A stretch of 53,418 bases of DNA from Candidatus Sericytochromatia bacterium (GTDB taxonomy: Bacteria > Cyanobacteriota > Sericytochromatia > S15B-MN24 > JAQBPE01), in NCBI GenBank assembly GCA_035285125.1, contig JAYKHR010000016.1, forward strand, positions 1 through 53,418. Direction: 5' to 3'. The notes beneath the pieces are model-generated. The model had not been told where the DNA came from and made no database searches. It saw only the letters and a list, made by a program, of their open reading frames with translations. This document shows, in pieces, positions 36,909 through 45,958 of the stretch. Position 1 is the first letter of the stretch. Every line of letters begins with the position of its first letter. The translations under genes and the position numbers were made by a program.

Positions 36909-39782
36909 TCACGGCCCGTAGGCCTCCCGCGGCAGCAGCCGGATGACGTTGTTCCCGGTGTCCAGCACGTACAGGCCCCGCCCAGGATGGTACAGCACCC
37001 CCATCGGCGAGTGCAGCGCGTCGTCGGAACCTGGCTGGCTCATCAGCGGCGTGCCGTCCCCCGCGATCGCCTCGACGCTGGCCTCCGGGCCCTCGAGCCC
37101 GCTGACGCGACAGATGCGGGGCCCGTTGGCGTGGACCACGTCAGGCCCCAGGGCTATGCCCAGGTGCCCGAGCAGCGTCCCGAGCCGCGTGTTGCCCACC
37201 TCCGCGTAATACAGCCGCCCGGCCTCGTCGAACGTGAGCCCCGTCGGGCCGGCCACCAGCGTCGCAGCGGCGGGCCTGGGGCCCGGCACGGCGGGGGCAG
37301 CGAGATCCAGCAAGGAGGCCTCCGCGCCCACCACCGTCTCGATCACAGGCGTCGGCCCCTCGAGGCCGCGGATCCGCCGGATGCTGAAGCTGCCCCCATC
37401 ACCGAAGTAGAGCCGCCCGGCGCCATCGAAGGCCATCCCCAGCGGCGCGTTGAGCAGGGCCTGGCGCGCCGGGCCGCCGTCCCCCGTGGAGCCGGAGACC
37501 CCGAAGGTCCCCGCGACAGGTTCGATCAGCCCATCCGGGTTCAGCCTGAGGATGACGTGGCCGTCGGCGTCCGACCAGTACAGGCGCCCGTCTGGCGCCA
37601 CGGCGCAGGCGAGGATCTGCCCGATGGGCACCTCCAGCGGCCCCATTCGGTCCCGCAGGGACCCCGCAATGCGCCCCGGGCCCACCACGTTGCGCACCCT
37701 GCCGTCAGGCGTGATCCTGCAGATGCGGTCGTTCTCCAGGTCCACCACGTAGATGTGCTCCCCGTGCGTCGCGACGCCGAGGGGGATCTCGAAGCGGGCC
37801 TCCTCGACGGGCACGTCGTCCGGCGAGGAGCCGCGCTGGCCGCCTGCGATCACCGTCAGGCGGCCACCGTCGAGGCGCTTGAGGGTGTGGCTCCCTCCCT
37901 CCGAGAACAGCAGGCGGCCCTGCGGGTCGAGGGCCATGCCCCCAGGCGTGTTGATCGCGATGTTCAGGGCCGCCCCCTGCTGCGAGACGCCCGTCGCGCC
38001 GCCGATGGTTCGGATCAGGCCCGTGCCGTCCAGCGGTGGCGCCACGCGACGGACCAGGCCGTTGCCTAAATCAGCAACAAGCAATCCCCCCTCGGCGTCG
38101 AGGGCGAGCCCGGAGGGCCCCGTGAGGCGGGCGGCCGCCGCGGGCCCGCCATCACCGGAGAACCCCGGCACGCCGTCCCCCACCAGCACGGTGTGAGCGC
38201 CGTCCGGCGAGATGCGCTGGACGCGGTGACCGCCGTCCTCAGCGAGCAAGACGTCGCCACCGGCCAGGGGCAGCAGGCGGGCGGAGTCGGAGAGTTGGTA
38301 GGTGCCTGGCAAGGGCCCCCAGCCCCCCGAAGGATCCCGACGCCAGAGGCGCCCGTCCTGGGGGCGCCGCTCGCAGAGCCAGACGGCGCCATCCGAGCCG
38401 GCGGCCACGCCGGAGAGGTTGGTGCCGGTAAAGCCGGGCGGCAGTGGCTCGGACTCCAGGCGCCCGTCGACCCCGAGCACCAGCAACCGTCCCTGACGCA
38501 GCCCCAGCTTGGGCTGCTCGGCGATCCAGAGCCGGCCGTCAGGTCCCAGCGCGATGCCGGCGGGGCTCTCGATCGCCACCGCGTGGCCCGGCCCCCCGGG
38601 GGGCCCCTGTTCCCGTGCCCCGGTGCCTGCCACGACCCTTCCCTGGCCGTCTTTGAGGGCATAAACCCGGTTGTTGAGCCTGTCGGCGACGTACACGGTG
38701 CCATCGGCCGAGGCCACCATGGCAATCGGGGACATCATGGCCAGGTCCGCCTGCCCCCCCTCGTGGCGGAGCGCCTTGACGTCTCCGCCCGCGAAGCGGG
38801 TGATGAAGCCCTGGGGGTCGATGCGACGCAGCCGACCGCCGGCGACCTCTGCCACGACCACGGAGCCGTCCGGCAGGGCAGCCACGGCCTGCGGCGCAGA
38901 CAGCGCCACCTCCGTGGCCGGCCGGCCGTCGCCAAGCCGCGCCTGGCCAACCAGCAGCAAAGCCTCGATCCGCTGGATGCGCCGGTCGAGCGTGGGATCC
39001 ACCTGCCGCCAGCGGTCCGTGAGGCCGTTGAGCTCTGCAGCCTCGTAGCGGGGCGTTTCCGTGCCCAACCCCACCCGAAGCCGCTCCAGGTGCTCCCGCA
39101 GGCTCTCCGCCTCGGCAGCCGGCAGCCGGTCGAAGCGGTCTTGCCGCCGCTCCGCGAGCCGCTCCAGCACGTAGCGCGTCCCCATCGTCGCTGCGGTGTC
39201 GATGGCGAGCTCGGTGCGGCCGGCGGCATCCCGGGAGACCAGCCCGAGCAGCTCGCCCCCCTGGCGCAGCTTCACCCGGGCCACGAGGTTCTCGGCGGGC
39301 AGCTGCGCCAGGAGCCTGAATGCCCCCTTCGAGTCCGTCAGCGCGATCAGCGGCGAGCCACCGGGGCCGGCCAGCGCCCGTCCCGTCGCATCCAGGAGCT
39401 CGATGCGGGCCTCCGCGAGCAGGGTCTCCGGGCGACCCTGCGCCTCGGCTTGCTGGGCCAACCGCAGCTTGTTCTTGCCCACCAGCCCGCCCCCGTTGTC
39501 GCTGATGAGGTTGCCGGAGTTGTTCGACACGACCCTGCCGCTGGCGTTGCTGAGCACGCCACCACCGAGGTCCGAGAGCAGCTTGACCTTGCCGACGAGC
39601 TCGACGGCCCGCAGGCTCCCGGCCAGGACCCGCAGCCCCTCCGCCGGCGCCAGCGGGCGGGGCGAGGTACGCACGGTGGGCTTGCCGCCAACGCCCTTGG
39701 GACCCGCCGCGGGGCCAGCGCCCGGCGCCTGGCAACCCGTCAGCGCAAGGAGGATCAACGCGATCAGGCGGCGGTGTGACAC
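36909..39782 (-). CDS. large NHL-repeat lipoprotein, tandem paralog of 33969..36863
   Basis: GTG 39782 after AAGGAGG; MSHRRLIALILLALTGC; collinear similarity over its full length. Confidence 0.88.
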   Translation of the reverse strand: MSHRRLIALILLALTGCQAPGAGPAAGPKGVGGKPTVRTSPRPLAPAEGLRVLAGSLRAVELVGKVKLLSDLGGGVLSNASGRVVSNNSGNLISDNGGGLVGKNKLRLAQQAEAQGRPETLLAEARIELLDATGRALAGPGGSPLIALTDSKGAFRLLAQLPAENLVARVKLRQGGELLGLVSRDAAGRTELAIDTAATMGTRYVLERLAERRQDRFDRLPAAEAESLREHLERLRVGLGTETPRYEAAELNGLTDRWRQVDPTLDRRIQRIEALLLVGQARLGDGRPATEVALSAPQAVAALPDGSVVVAEVAGGRLRRIDPQGFITRFAGGDVKALRHEGGQADLAMMSPIAMVASADGTVYVADRLNNRVYALKDGQGRVVAGTGAREQGPPGGPGHAVAIESPAGIALGPDGRLWIAEQPKLGLRQGRLLVLGVDGRLESEPLPPGFTGTNLSGVAAGSDGAVWLCERRPQDGRLWRRDPSGGWGPLPGTYQLSDSARLLPLAGGDVLLAEDGGHRVQRISPDGAHTVLVGDGVPGFSGDGGPAAAARLTGPSGLALDAEGGLLVADLGNGLVRRVAPPLDGTGLIRTIGGATGVSQQGAALNIAINTPGGMALDPQGRLLFSEGGSHTLKRLDGGRLTVIAGGQRGSSPDDVPVEEARFEIPLGVATHGEHIYVVDLENDRICRITPDGRVRNVVGPGRIAGSLRDRMGPLEVPIGQILACAVAPDGRLYWSDADGHVILRLNPDGLIEPVAGTFGVSGSTGDGGPARQALLNAPLGMAFDGAGRLYFGDGGSFSIRRIRGLEGPTPVIETVVGAEASLLDLAAPAVPGPRPAAATLVAGPTGLTFDEAGRLYYAEVGNTRLGTLLGHLGIALGPDVVHANGPRICRVSGLEGPEASVEAIAGDGTPLMSQPGSDDALHSPMGVLYHPGRGLYVLDTGNNVIRLLPREAYGP
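39486..39581 (-). repeat. 8-aa repeat LLSDLGGG/VLSNASGR/VVSNNSGN/LISDNGGG
   Basis: Read from translation. Confidence 0.8.
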
Positions 39783-39966
39783 GGCACAGCCCTCCTTCCT
39801 TCTTGTACCCGCCGCGGGCGCCACCACCCAACCGTGACGGGGATTTCCGGGCCTTCACTGACCCCGCTTAACCCCACCATAACCTTTTCAGTGCAGCCAC
39901 AGGACCCACGGACGCCGTCGGTCGGCTTCAATTGGGTGTGGTCCGTGTCACGACCCCGCGAGGTGG

Positions 39967-41652
39967 GTGATGACCGTCTTGCTCCTTGCCACTTCCGGAA
40001 GGCGTCCCCGTCGTACCTGGCGGGGAGCGGCGCTGGCGTGCCTGGCCGCCATCCTCTCTGCGACGGCCTGCGGCACCGGCGCCCCCCGGCCCGTCGGCCG
40101 CGGTGCCACCCCCAGCGTCCGCGCCCTGGCCGTTCCAGCGCCGGGGGCCCTCACGGTCGCGGGCGATACCAACCGCGACGGGGTGGTCACCACGCTTGAT
40201 CTCGAGGGGCGAGGCAGCTGGAGCTGGCGCGGTCGGGGAGCCTTCTGCCTCGCCAACGTGGACGACGACGACGCCGACGGCCGGGTGGACGGCACCACCG
40301 ACCAGGTCGACGGCGCTGGCGACGAGCCCGACCTGGCGCCTGTCAAGGTGTGGCTGCCGACCGGCGCGCGGGGCGGACGGCTGCGGCTCGTGCCCAGGGC
40401 TTCCTCCGCGCAGGCCCCGGCCGTGCGCCTTCACGAGCGCACGGCGGAGGGCTGGCGACCGGTCAGGGCCCCCGTGGCCGTCACCCGCGAGGTGCTCGAG
40501 TTCGGACTGGAGGTCGCGGGCTTCGCGGGTCCCGGGTGGGACGGGATCCTGCGGGTGGAGGCCGAGTGGGTGGCCCCGGATGGGCGCGTGACGCAGCGGG
40601 ACCTCGCCACGTGGCGGGTGGCGCCGTTCCTGCTGCTGCCCAACGCCGCGCGCACCCGCACCCTCTACGTGGCCACGGGACACCCGCGCTACGAGAACCT
40701 GGCCTTCCGCGAAGGCCTCGGGGCCGCCTGCGCCGACACGGGCGTGCAGCTCGTGACCCACACCACCCGCTCCTGGAAGGAGATGTGGATGCAGGACACG
40801 ATGGAGGTCGGCTACACCCAGCTGCCCGGCTTGCCCCCGATGCACGTGGTGCTCGGCGGGCTTCGCGGCGCGGACACCTTCCCGCCCCGGCTGCTCGGGC
40901 GCGATGTGGGGTTCATCCAGGTGGGACGCAACCGGGGGATCGCCGACGGCGTCGATGACTGGGCTGACTGGATGGGCAACCTTGAGGTCACGCCTCCGGT
41001 GCCCGGATATCCGCTGGGGCGCGTGTTCTACGGGCGCAACACCGACACGGGCGTGGGCCTCCACCCGGACGTCGTCGCGTTCCTCGAGGCACAGCGGGTG
41101 CAGGCTCCCTTCTGGCTCGACACCGGTTTCCTGACCATCAAGCACGTCGACGAGATCGCCACCTTCCTGCCCGGCACCGATGGCAGGCCCGTCTTGCTCA
41201 TCGCGGACACGCGCCGGGCCGTCGAGCTCATACCGGCAGAGGCTGGTCCCTCGAACACCCGCAACCAGGCCAGGCTGGACAAGGTGCTCGGCGGCGGAAG
41301 CTACGTCGACGGCACCCGCTCCCGCGGCCTGCAGGCCGAGCTCGAGCTCGCCGCTGATCAGATCGTGCGCCTTCCCGTCAGCTACGAAGGCGGCCACAAC
41401 GTCTGGTCCAACCCTGTGAACTCCATCTGGCTCAACGGGGTCGTGGTCACGGGCAGCCACCGCGTGCCCGCCCCGGTGGCCACCGATCTCGAGGCCCGCT
41501 TTCGCGGGGCCGGCGCCAGGGCGGTGCGGTTCGTGGACGACGCCGCCTACCAGGACAACATGGGCAACGTGCACTGTGCGACCAACACCCGCAGGGCACC
41601 GGTGGTGGCCGATTTCTCGCGCGTGCTCCCGCGCGTGAGCGGCCTCGAGTAG
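39967..41652 (+). CDS. protein-arginine deiminase (PADI-type) lipoprotein
   Basis: WMQDTME, GNLEVTPP, YPLGRVFYG, LDTGFLTIKHVDE, GNVHCATN; Ca-site-like DTNRDG and GAFCLANVDDD; possible lipobox SATAC. Confidence 0.88.
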   Translation: MMTVLLLATSGRRPRRTWRGAALACLAAILSATACGTGAPRPVGRGATPSVRALAVPAPGALTVAGDTNRDGVVTTLDLEGRGSWSWRGRGAFCLANVDDDDADGRVDGTTDQVDGAGDEPDLAPVKVWLPTGARGGRLRLVPRASSAQAPAVRLHERTAEGWRPVRAPVAVTREVLEFGLEVAGFAGPGWDGILRVEAEWVAPDGRVTQRDLATWRVAPFLLLPNAARTRTLYVATGHPRYENLAFREGLGAACADTGVQLVTHTTRSWKEMWMQDTMEVGYTQLPGLPPMHVVLGGLRGADTFPPRLLGRDVGFIQVGRNRGIADGVDDWADWMGNLEVTPPVPGYPLGRVFYGRNTDTGVGLHPDVVAFLEAQRVQAPFWLDTGFLTIKHVDEIATFLPGTDGRPVLLIADTRRAVELIPAEAGPSNTRNQARLDKVLGGGSYVDGTRSRGLQAELELAADQIVRLPVSYEGGHNVWSNPVNSIWLNGVVVTGSHRVPAPVATDLEARFRGAGARAVRFVDDAAYQDNMGNVHCATNTRRAPVVADFSRVLPRVSGLE

Positions 41653-41774
41653 GCACCGGGGCCAATCGCTTAACCCGCGTTACATCAAACCATAATCTTT
41701 CGATAACCAAACTACGGCAAGCGCGCCCCCCCCACGGCGCGATAGAGACCTCGTGTTCTGCTGCGAGGTGCGTC

Positions 41775-43094
41775 ATGCCGGTGCGTCCCGTCCGTCCCCC
41801 TGCGCCCGTTCAGGCCTTGCCGCGGGTGGCTGGCAAAGCCTGGGCGATCGACCTGCCTGCCCTGCCGGGGAACGGCCTCGCACCTGCCCCCACGGGGGAG
41901 CGTCCTGCGCCGCCCCGGGCGCTCGACGGCAACGTGACCTACCTCAATGGGCGCAACCTGAGCTACACGGTGAAGGGCAGCCACCACGTCAGCCTGCCCT
42001 ACTTGACGGCCTGGATGGTCGACCACACGCCGGCTGACCCCCTCGATCTATGGGCCATCGGGTCCTACACGCTGCGGGTCAAGGCCGGCCGGATCGACGT
42101 CCGCGAGGAGGACCTCAACGGGGCCCTGCGCGAGACCCTCAAGGACCTGCCCGGCCTGCCGGTGACGGGTGTCCGGGTGGGGTTGCACGACGGCAACCGC
42201 GTGACGGTTGGCGCCCGGCTGAAGGTCGGCCCACTGCCCGTGCCGGTCTCGACCCGCCTGCAAATCACCCCCGTGGATGCCCGGACCCTCACCGTGAACC
42301 CGGAAGCCGTGAGGGTCCTCGGCTTGCCCGTCGGGTGGGCCCTGCGGCTGCTGCGCATCGATGTGCCGAGGATGCTGGGCCTGCCAGCCGACGGGCCTCT
42401 GACCCAGGGCCCGCGCGGCCGCCTCGTGGTCGACCTGAACCGCGTGGCGAGCCTGCAGGCGGATCTGGCGGGGCTTGGCATCGCGCGCGGCAGAGCCACC
42501 ATCGTGCTCGGCGGCCAGCCGGACCCCGACGTGGGCGCGGCCCGGCGCCGACAGAACCCCAACTGGGCAGAGGTCATCAACGGCGGCGAGGCTCTCCTGG
42601 AGACCGGCATCATCCGCAACGTGCGTGTCGTGATCACGGACAACACACCCTCCGACCCGTTCAACCTGAATCGCTGGGACCAGGAGGGCCTCGGCCACGT
42701 CGAGCACGGGGAGGTGATCCTGCCCGAGAAGATCCTGACGGCCAAGTTCGGCCAGGCAGGCGGTGAGGGCTTCTTCCTGGATGCCGTCCGGCTCGAGGGG
42801 GTGGATCTCGTGGTCGAGGGCAGCAAGGAGGTGCTGGGCTTCCCGATTCCCGTGAAGTTCAAGCTCCGGTTCTCGCGCTCGGACCAGGGCGAGCTGCTGA
42901 TGACGCCCCACAGCGTGAAGGTCGCCGGCCTCGGTTTCGGCAAGGATCAGATCATCGCCGCCATCCGGTCGATGCCCGGGATGGTTCAGCGCGGAGAGGC
43001 CTTCGTGGTCGACCTCAAGACCACGGGCTCGATCGAGATGCCCCCCTTGCGGCGGGTCTCGGCCGAGCCTGGCCGGATCGTGCTGACGCCCTGA
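41775..43094 (+). CDS. hypothetical protein with tandem DUF2993/LmeA-like domains
   Basis: Internal duplication (VDHTPADPLDL...GRIDVREEDL vs TDNTPSDPFNL...GEVILPEKIL); GAGGTG RBS. Family assignment tentative. Confidence 0.65.
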   Translation: MPVRPVRPPAPVQALPRVAGKAWAIDLPALPGNGLAPAPTGERPAPPRALDGNVTYLNGRNLSYTVKGSHHVSLPYLTAWMVDHTPADPLDLWAIGSYTLRVKAGRIDVREEDLNGALRETLKDLPGLPVTGVRVGLHDGNRVTVGARLKVGPLPVPVSTRLQITPVDARTLTVNPEAVRVLGLPVGWALRLLRIDVPRMLGLPADGPLTQGPRGRLVVDLNRVASLQADLAGLGIARGRATIVLGGQPDPDVGAARRRQNPNWAEVINGGEALLETGIIRNVRVVITDNTPSDPFNLNRWDQEGLGHVEHGEVILPEKILTAKFGQAGGEGFFLDAVRLEGVDLVVEGSKEVLGFPIPVKFKLRFSRSDQGELLMTPHSVKVAGLGFGKDQIIAAIRSMPGMVQRGEAFVVDLKTTGSIEMPPLRRVSAEPGRIVLTP

Positions 43095-43107
43095 GGCGCC
43101 TGGCGGC

Positions 43108-43923
43108 TTACAGGCCCACCCAGTCGAGCATCGGCAGCCGGCGGCGCGAGGCGTCCGTGGGTGGCACCGTGACCTTGCCGCCCACGTTGGTCACGCGCAT
43201 GGGGCGATACCAGCTGTAGGTCTCGCTCTGGGCTGCGATGTACCAGTTGCCCGGCGGCAGGTCGAACGCCGCGATCCCCCCGTCACCAGCCACGCTCTCG
43301 ACGAAGTTGAGGGTCGGGTTGCCGCCGTTGCGCTCCGCCTCGAACCGCAACACCTCGTTCCGCTTGCCCAGCCACTTGGCATAGCGCTCCTGGTACTTGC
43401 TCATGGTGGCCTCGCCGACGCCGTTGCGCGCGTTGTAGGCGTTGATCACGTTGTTGATGTCCGCCATCACCTTGCGGACCCAGAGCTCGCGCCCGTCCTC
43501 GGTGTTCACGATGCCCCGGATGGAATCGCTGGGGCGCTCGCCGTGCTTCTTGTAGACGTGGTTGAACAGCGGCAGCAGCTCTTTGGTCGTGTCAGGGTCG
43601 CCGCGGTGGATGTCGGCGAAGGTCTCCCTGTAGGCCTCGAGCTCGGAGGCTTGCAGCAGATAGAAGTTCTTGACGGGCTTGAGCAGCGGCAATGGCCGGA
43701 AGCCCCCGGGAGGCGCGGGGGGCACCGGCCGGTGACGGTCCATGCGCTGCTGGACGGACGGGAAGACCTTGTCCACGTCATAGGAGAACACCACCACGGG
43801 CACGCCAGGGGCGATGGGCCCCTGGGGGCTCATCACCTTGACCTGCACGGGGACGGCCGACGCGGAGGCTGCGAGGCCGAGCCAGGCGGCTGCGACGAGG
43901 CTGGAAAGCTTGGCAATACGCAT
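43108..43923 (-). CDS. secreted hypothetical protein
   Basis: Signal peptide ending ASA; AGAGG RBS; C-terminal GIAAFDLPPGNWYI beta motif. Confidence 0.8.
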   Translation of the reverse strand: MRIAKLSSLVAAAWLGLAASASAVPVQVKVMSPQGPIAPGVPVVVFSYDVDKVFPSVQQRMDRHRPVPPAPPGGFRPLPLLKPVKNFYLLQASELEAYRETFADIHRGDPDTTKELLPLFNHVYKKHGERPSDSIRGIVNTEDGRELWVRKVMADINNVINAYNARNGVGEATMSKYQERYAKWLGKRNEVLRFEAERNGGNPTLNFVESVAGDGGIAAFDLPPGNWYIAAQSETYSWYRPMRVTNVGGKVTVPPTDASRRRLPMLDWVGL

Positions 43924-43990
43924 CGATGAGACCTCTTTGGGGGCCGGGAGCCGGCATCTTCACCGGCAGGGCTCGCGCGCCCCGCGCTTA

Positions 43991-44016
43991 TCATCGGCAA
44001 CTTCTCGCCGAATTTA
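43991..44016 (-). promoter_or_regulatory. sigma-28 (FliA)-type promoter
   Basis: Minus strand TAAA-N14-GCCGATGA versus consensus TAAA-N15-GCCGATAA. Confidence 0.6.
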
Positions 44017-44064
44017 ACCCCGAGATCCGCATCGTTATGTTATTCTAGCCAGAGAGGTGCTTCC

Positions 44065-44298
44065 GTGCTGGTCGAGTCCGACGACTTGCTCACCGCGCGC
44101 CACGCCGCGGAGGTTGCGGGCGTGACGCCGGCTGAGTTTCAGGATCATCTGCGCTGGGGGCAGATCCGCCCCTTCGTGCTGATCGACGGCCTGGCTTTCT
44201 TCCACCGCCGCGAGGTGCTCGCGCTGCGGACCTACGCCGCCACGCTGGCTGGACGGCCCAGCGGCCAGGCGTTGCCGAGGCTGCAAGACCTCTTCTGA
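44065..44298 (+). CDS. small excisionase/MerR-like HTH protein
   Basis: DLLTARHAAEVAGVT......LRWGQIRP.......FF.RREV; GAGGT RBS; TGnTATTCT extended -10 upstream. Confidence 0.6.
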   Translation: MLVESDDLLTARHAAEVAGVTPAEFQDHLRWGQIRPFVLIDGLAFFHRREVLALRTYAATLAGRPSGQALPRLQDLF

Positions 44299-44362
44299 CG
44301 CGCGGGGTCCTCGGTCCCTGCCCGTGGTAGGATCTCCAGGCCACCACACGAGGACTGCGCCC

Positions 44363-44740
44363 ATGACCGCCAACCAAGGCCCCCAGAACCCGCTCGACCA
44401 GCTGGCCACGTTCCTGACCGGGCGCGCGCGGGACATCGGCGTCACGGAACAGCAGCTGTTCCACCTGCTCGGCATCAAGGGGGCCGTCGGCCCGTTCGAG
44501 GCCCTGCTTTCGGGACGCCCTGCGGCAGAGACCCTGCCGGACCTCGCCAGCAACATCCTCGGCGGCACGGACGCCGTCGCCAAGGTGGCCCGGCAGCACG
44601 TCGAGCAGGCCATTCCGGTGGTCGTGATGGACGAGCTCAAGCCGCTGCTCAAGAAGCTCTCCCTCCTCAACGAGGAGGGCCTGAAGCAGCTCGAGACGTA
44701 CGTGAACTTCCTGATCACCCAGGGGCACACCAAGAAGTGA
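44363..44740 (+). CDS. hypothetical protein, possibly degenerate XRE-like regulator
   Basis: GAGGA RBS; RARDIGVTEQQLFHLLGI; C-terminal LNEEGLKQLETYVNFL resembles XRE tails. Confidence 0.6.
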   Translation: MTANQGPQNPLDQLATFLTGRARDIGVTEQQLFHLLGIKGAVGPFEALLSGRPAAETLPDLASNILGGTDAVAKVARQHVEQAIPVVVMDELKPLLKKLSLLNEEGLKQLETYVNFLITQGHTKK

Positions 44741-44784
44741 CGCTGGTGGCCTGAGGCCGGGAGAAGCCCGCGCCTCGCCTGAGG

Positions 44785-45786
44785 CTACTGGCGCTCCTGC
44801 GTGGCCGGGCGGTCCGGCATCCACGCGTAGCGACGGGCTCCCCACAGCCCACTGCCCTCGCCGAGCCATTGCGCGTGCTCGGGCGTCCCGGGCTTCAGCT
44901 CCAGGCGCTCGATGGGCGTGATGTCGAGGTTGGCCCACGTCACGTCGCCGGTCCCGAGGTTGTCGTAGGAGCCGAAGGCCAGCACCACCGTGCCGTCCTC
45001 CCCCACCTCCACGACGTTGACGGTGTGGTTCACCTTGCCGTCACCCTCCCAGTCGTAAAACAGGATGTCGCCAGGCTGCAAGTCGCCCACATCCACCTTC
45101 CCGGTGCGCGAGTCGAAGCCCGCCACGCCGTCCCCGTCGGCATCGTTCACGCGGCGGGTGTAGCCCTTGGCGAGCTGGTCTGCGCCGATCTGCGGCAGGA
45201 AGAAGGTCGGGCCCTTCACGTTGGGCAGGCCGCCCGTCCGCTGCGGCGAGAACTCGCGCCAGTTCTCCCCCACGGGCCCCATCGGGTTGGGGATGCCCAC
45301 GGCCTTGCAGAAATCGAACAGCAGCTTCATCGCCAGGTCGGCGCAGTCAATCTCGGCCCCCATCAGGCGCAGCGTGCCCACGCGCGCCTTGACGAAGGCC
45401 TGGTACTCGGTGGCGGCCGCCTGGTTCCAGCGCCGGTTCCTGGCGTCGTCCGGGGCCGCGTCGTAGCGATCGATCAGGCCATCGCCATCCCGGTCGGCCG
45501 GGGCCCCGCCGGGCTGCGGGACGGCCACGGCGGGCGCCGGGGCGGCCGGTGGCGCGACGGCCCCCGACGCAGGGGCTCCCGGAATCCTCAGCGCCTGGCC
45601 GACGCGCAGCTTGCGCGGGTCGTCGCCGATGCGATCGCGGTTGGCCTCGTGCAACTCCCGCCAGCGGCCAGCAGACCCGAGCACCCGGGCCGCGATGGCG
45701 CTCAGCGAGTCGCCGGGCTGCACCACCACGGCGCCGGGGGCGGACGTGCGGCGGGACAAGGCAGGCGAGCGGACGGGATCGGGCAC
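44785..45786 (-). CDS. LysM + papain-like putative peptidoglycan amidase
   Basis: VVQPGDSLSAIAARVLG...WRELHEAN...LRVGQALRIP (LysM); EIDCADLA; PGDILFYDWEGDGKVNHTVNVV; AGGAGG RBS. Confidence 0.8.
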   Translation of the reverse strand: MPDPVRSPALSRRTSAPGAVVVQPGDSLSAIAARVLGSAGRWRELHEANRDRIGDDPRKLRVGQALRIPGAPASGAVAPPAAPAPAVAVPQPGGAPADRDGDGLIDRYDAAPDDARNRRWNQAAATEYQAFVKARVGTLRLMGAEIDCADLAMKLLFDFCKAVGIPNPMGPVGENWREFSPQRTGGLPNVKGPTFFLPQIGADQLAKGYTRRVNDADGDGVAGFDSRTGKVDVGDLQPGDILFYDWEGDGKVNHTVNVVEVGEDGTVVLAFGSYDNLGTGDVTWANLDITPIERLELKPGTPEHAQWLGEGSGLWGARRYAWMPDRPATQERQ

Positions 45787-45834
45787 AGGGTTCCTCCTGA
45801 CGACGGCGGGGCAGGACCCCAGCCACCGCGGGTG

Positions 45835-45887
45835 TTATCGCTCGGATCGCAGCCGAGGCGGTTATCAAGGTGTTAATCTTGCCCTAA
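45835..45887 (-). promoter_or_regulatory. TTAG-N7-TTAA-N7-ATAA boxes plus sigma-28-like -10 AGCGATAA
   Basis: Plus strand TTAT (45862), TTAA (45873), CTAA (45884); TTATCGCT at 45835-42. Confidence 0.55.
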
Positions 45888-45958
45888 AAAAATTCCGCAT
45901 TCGGGGCCGTCGCCGCCACCACGCCCGCTTCCAGCACGCCTGCGGTATGATCCCAGGG

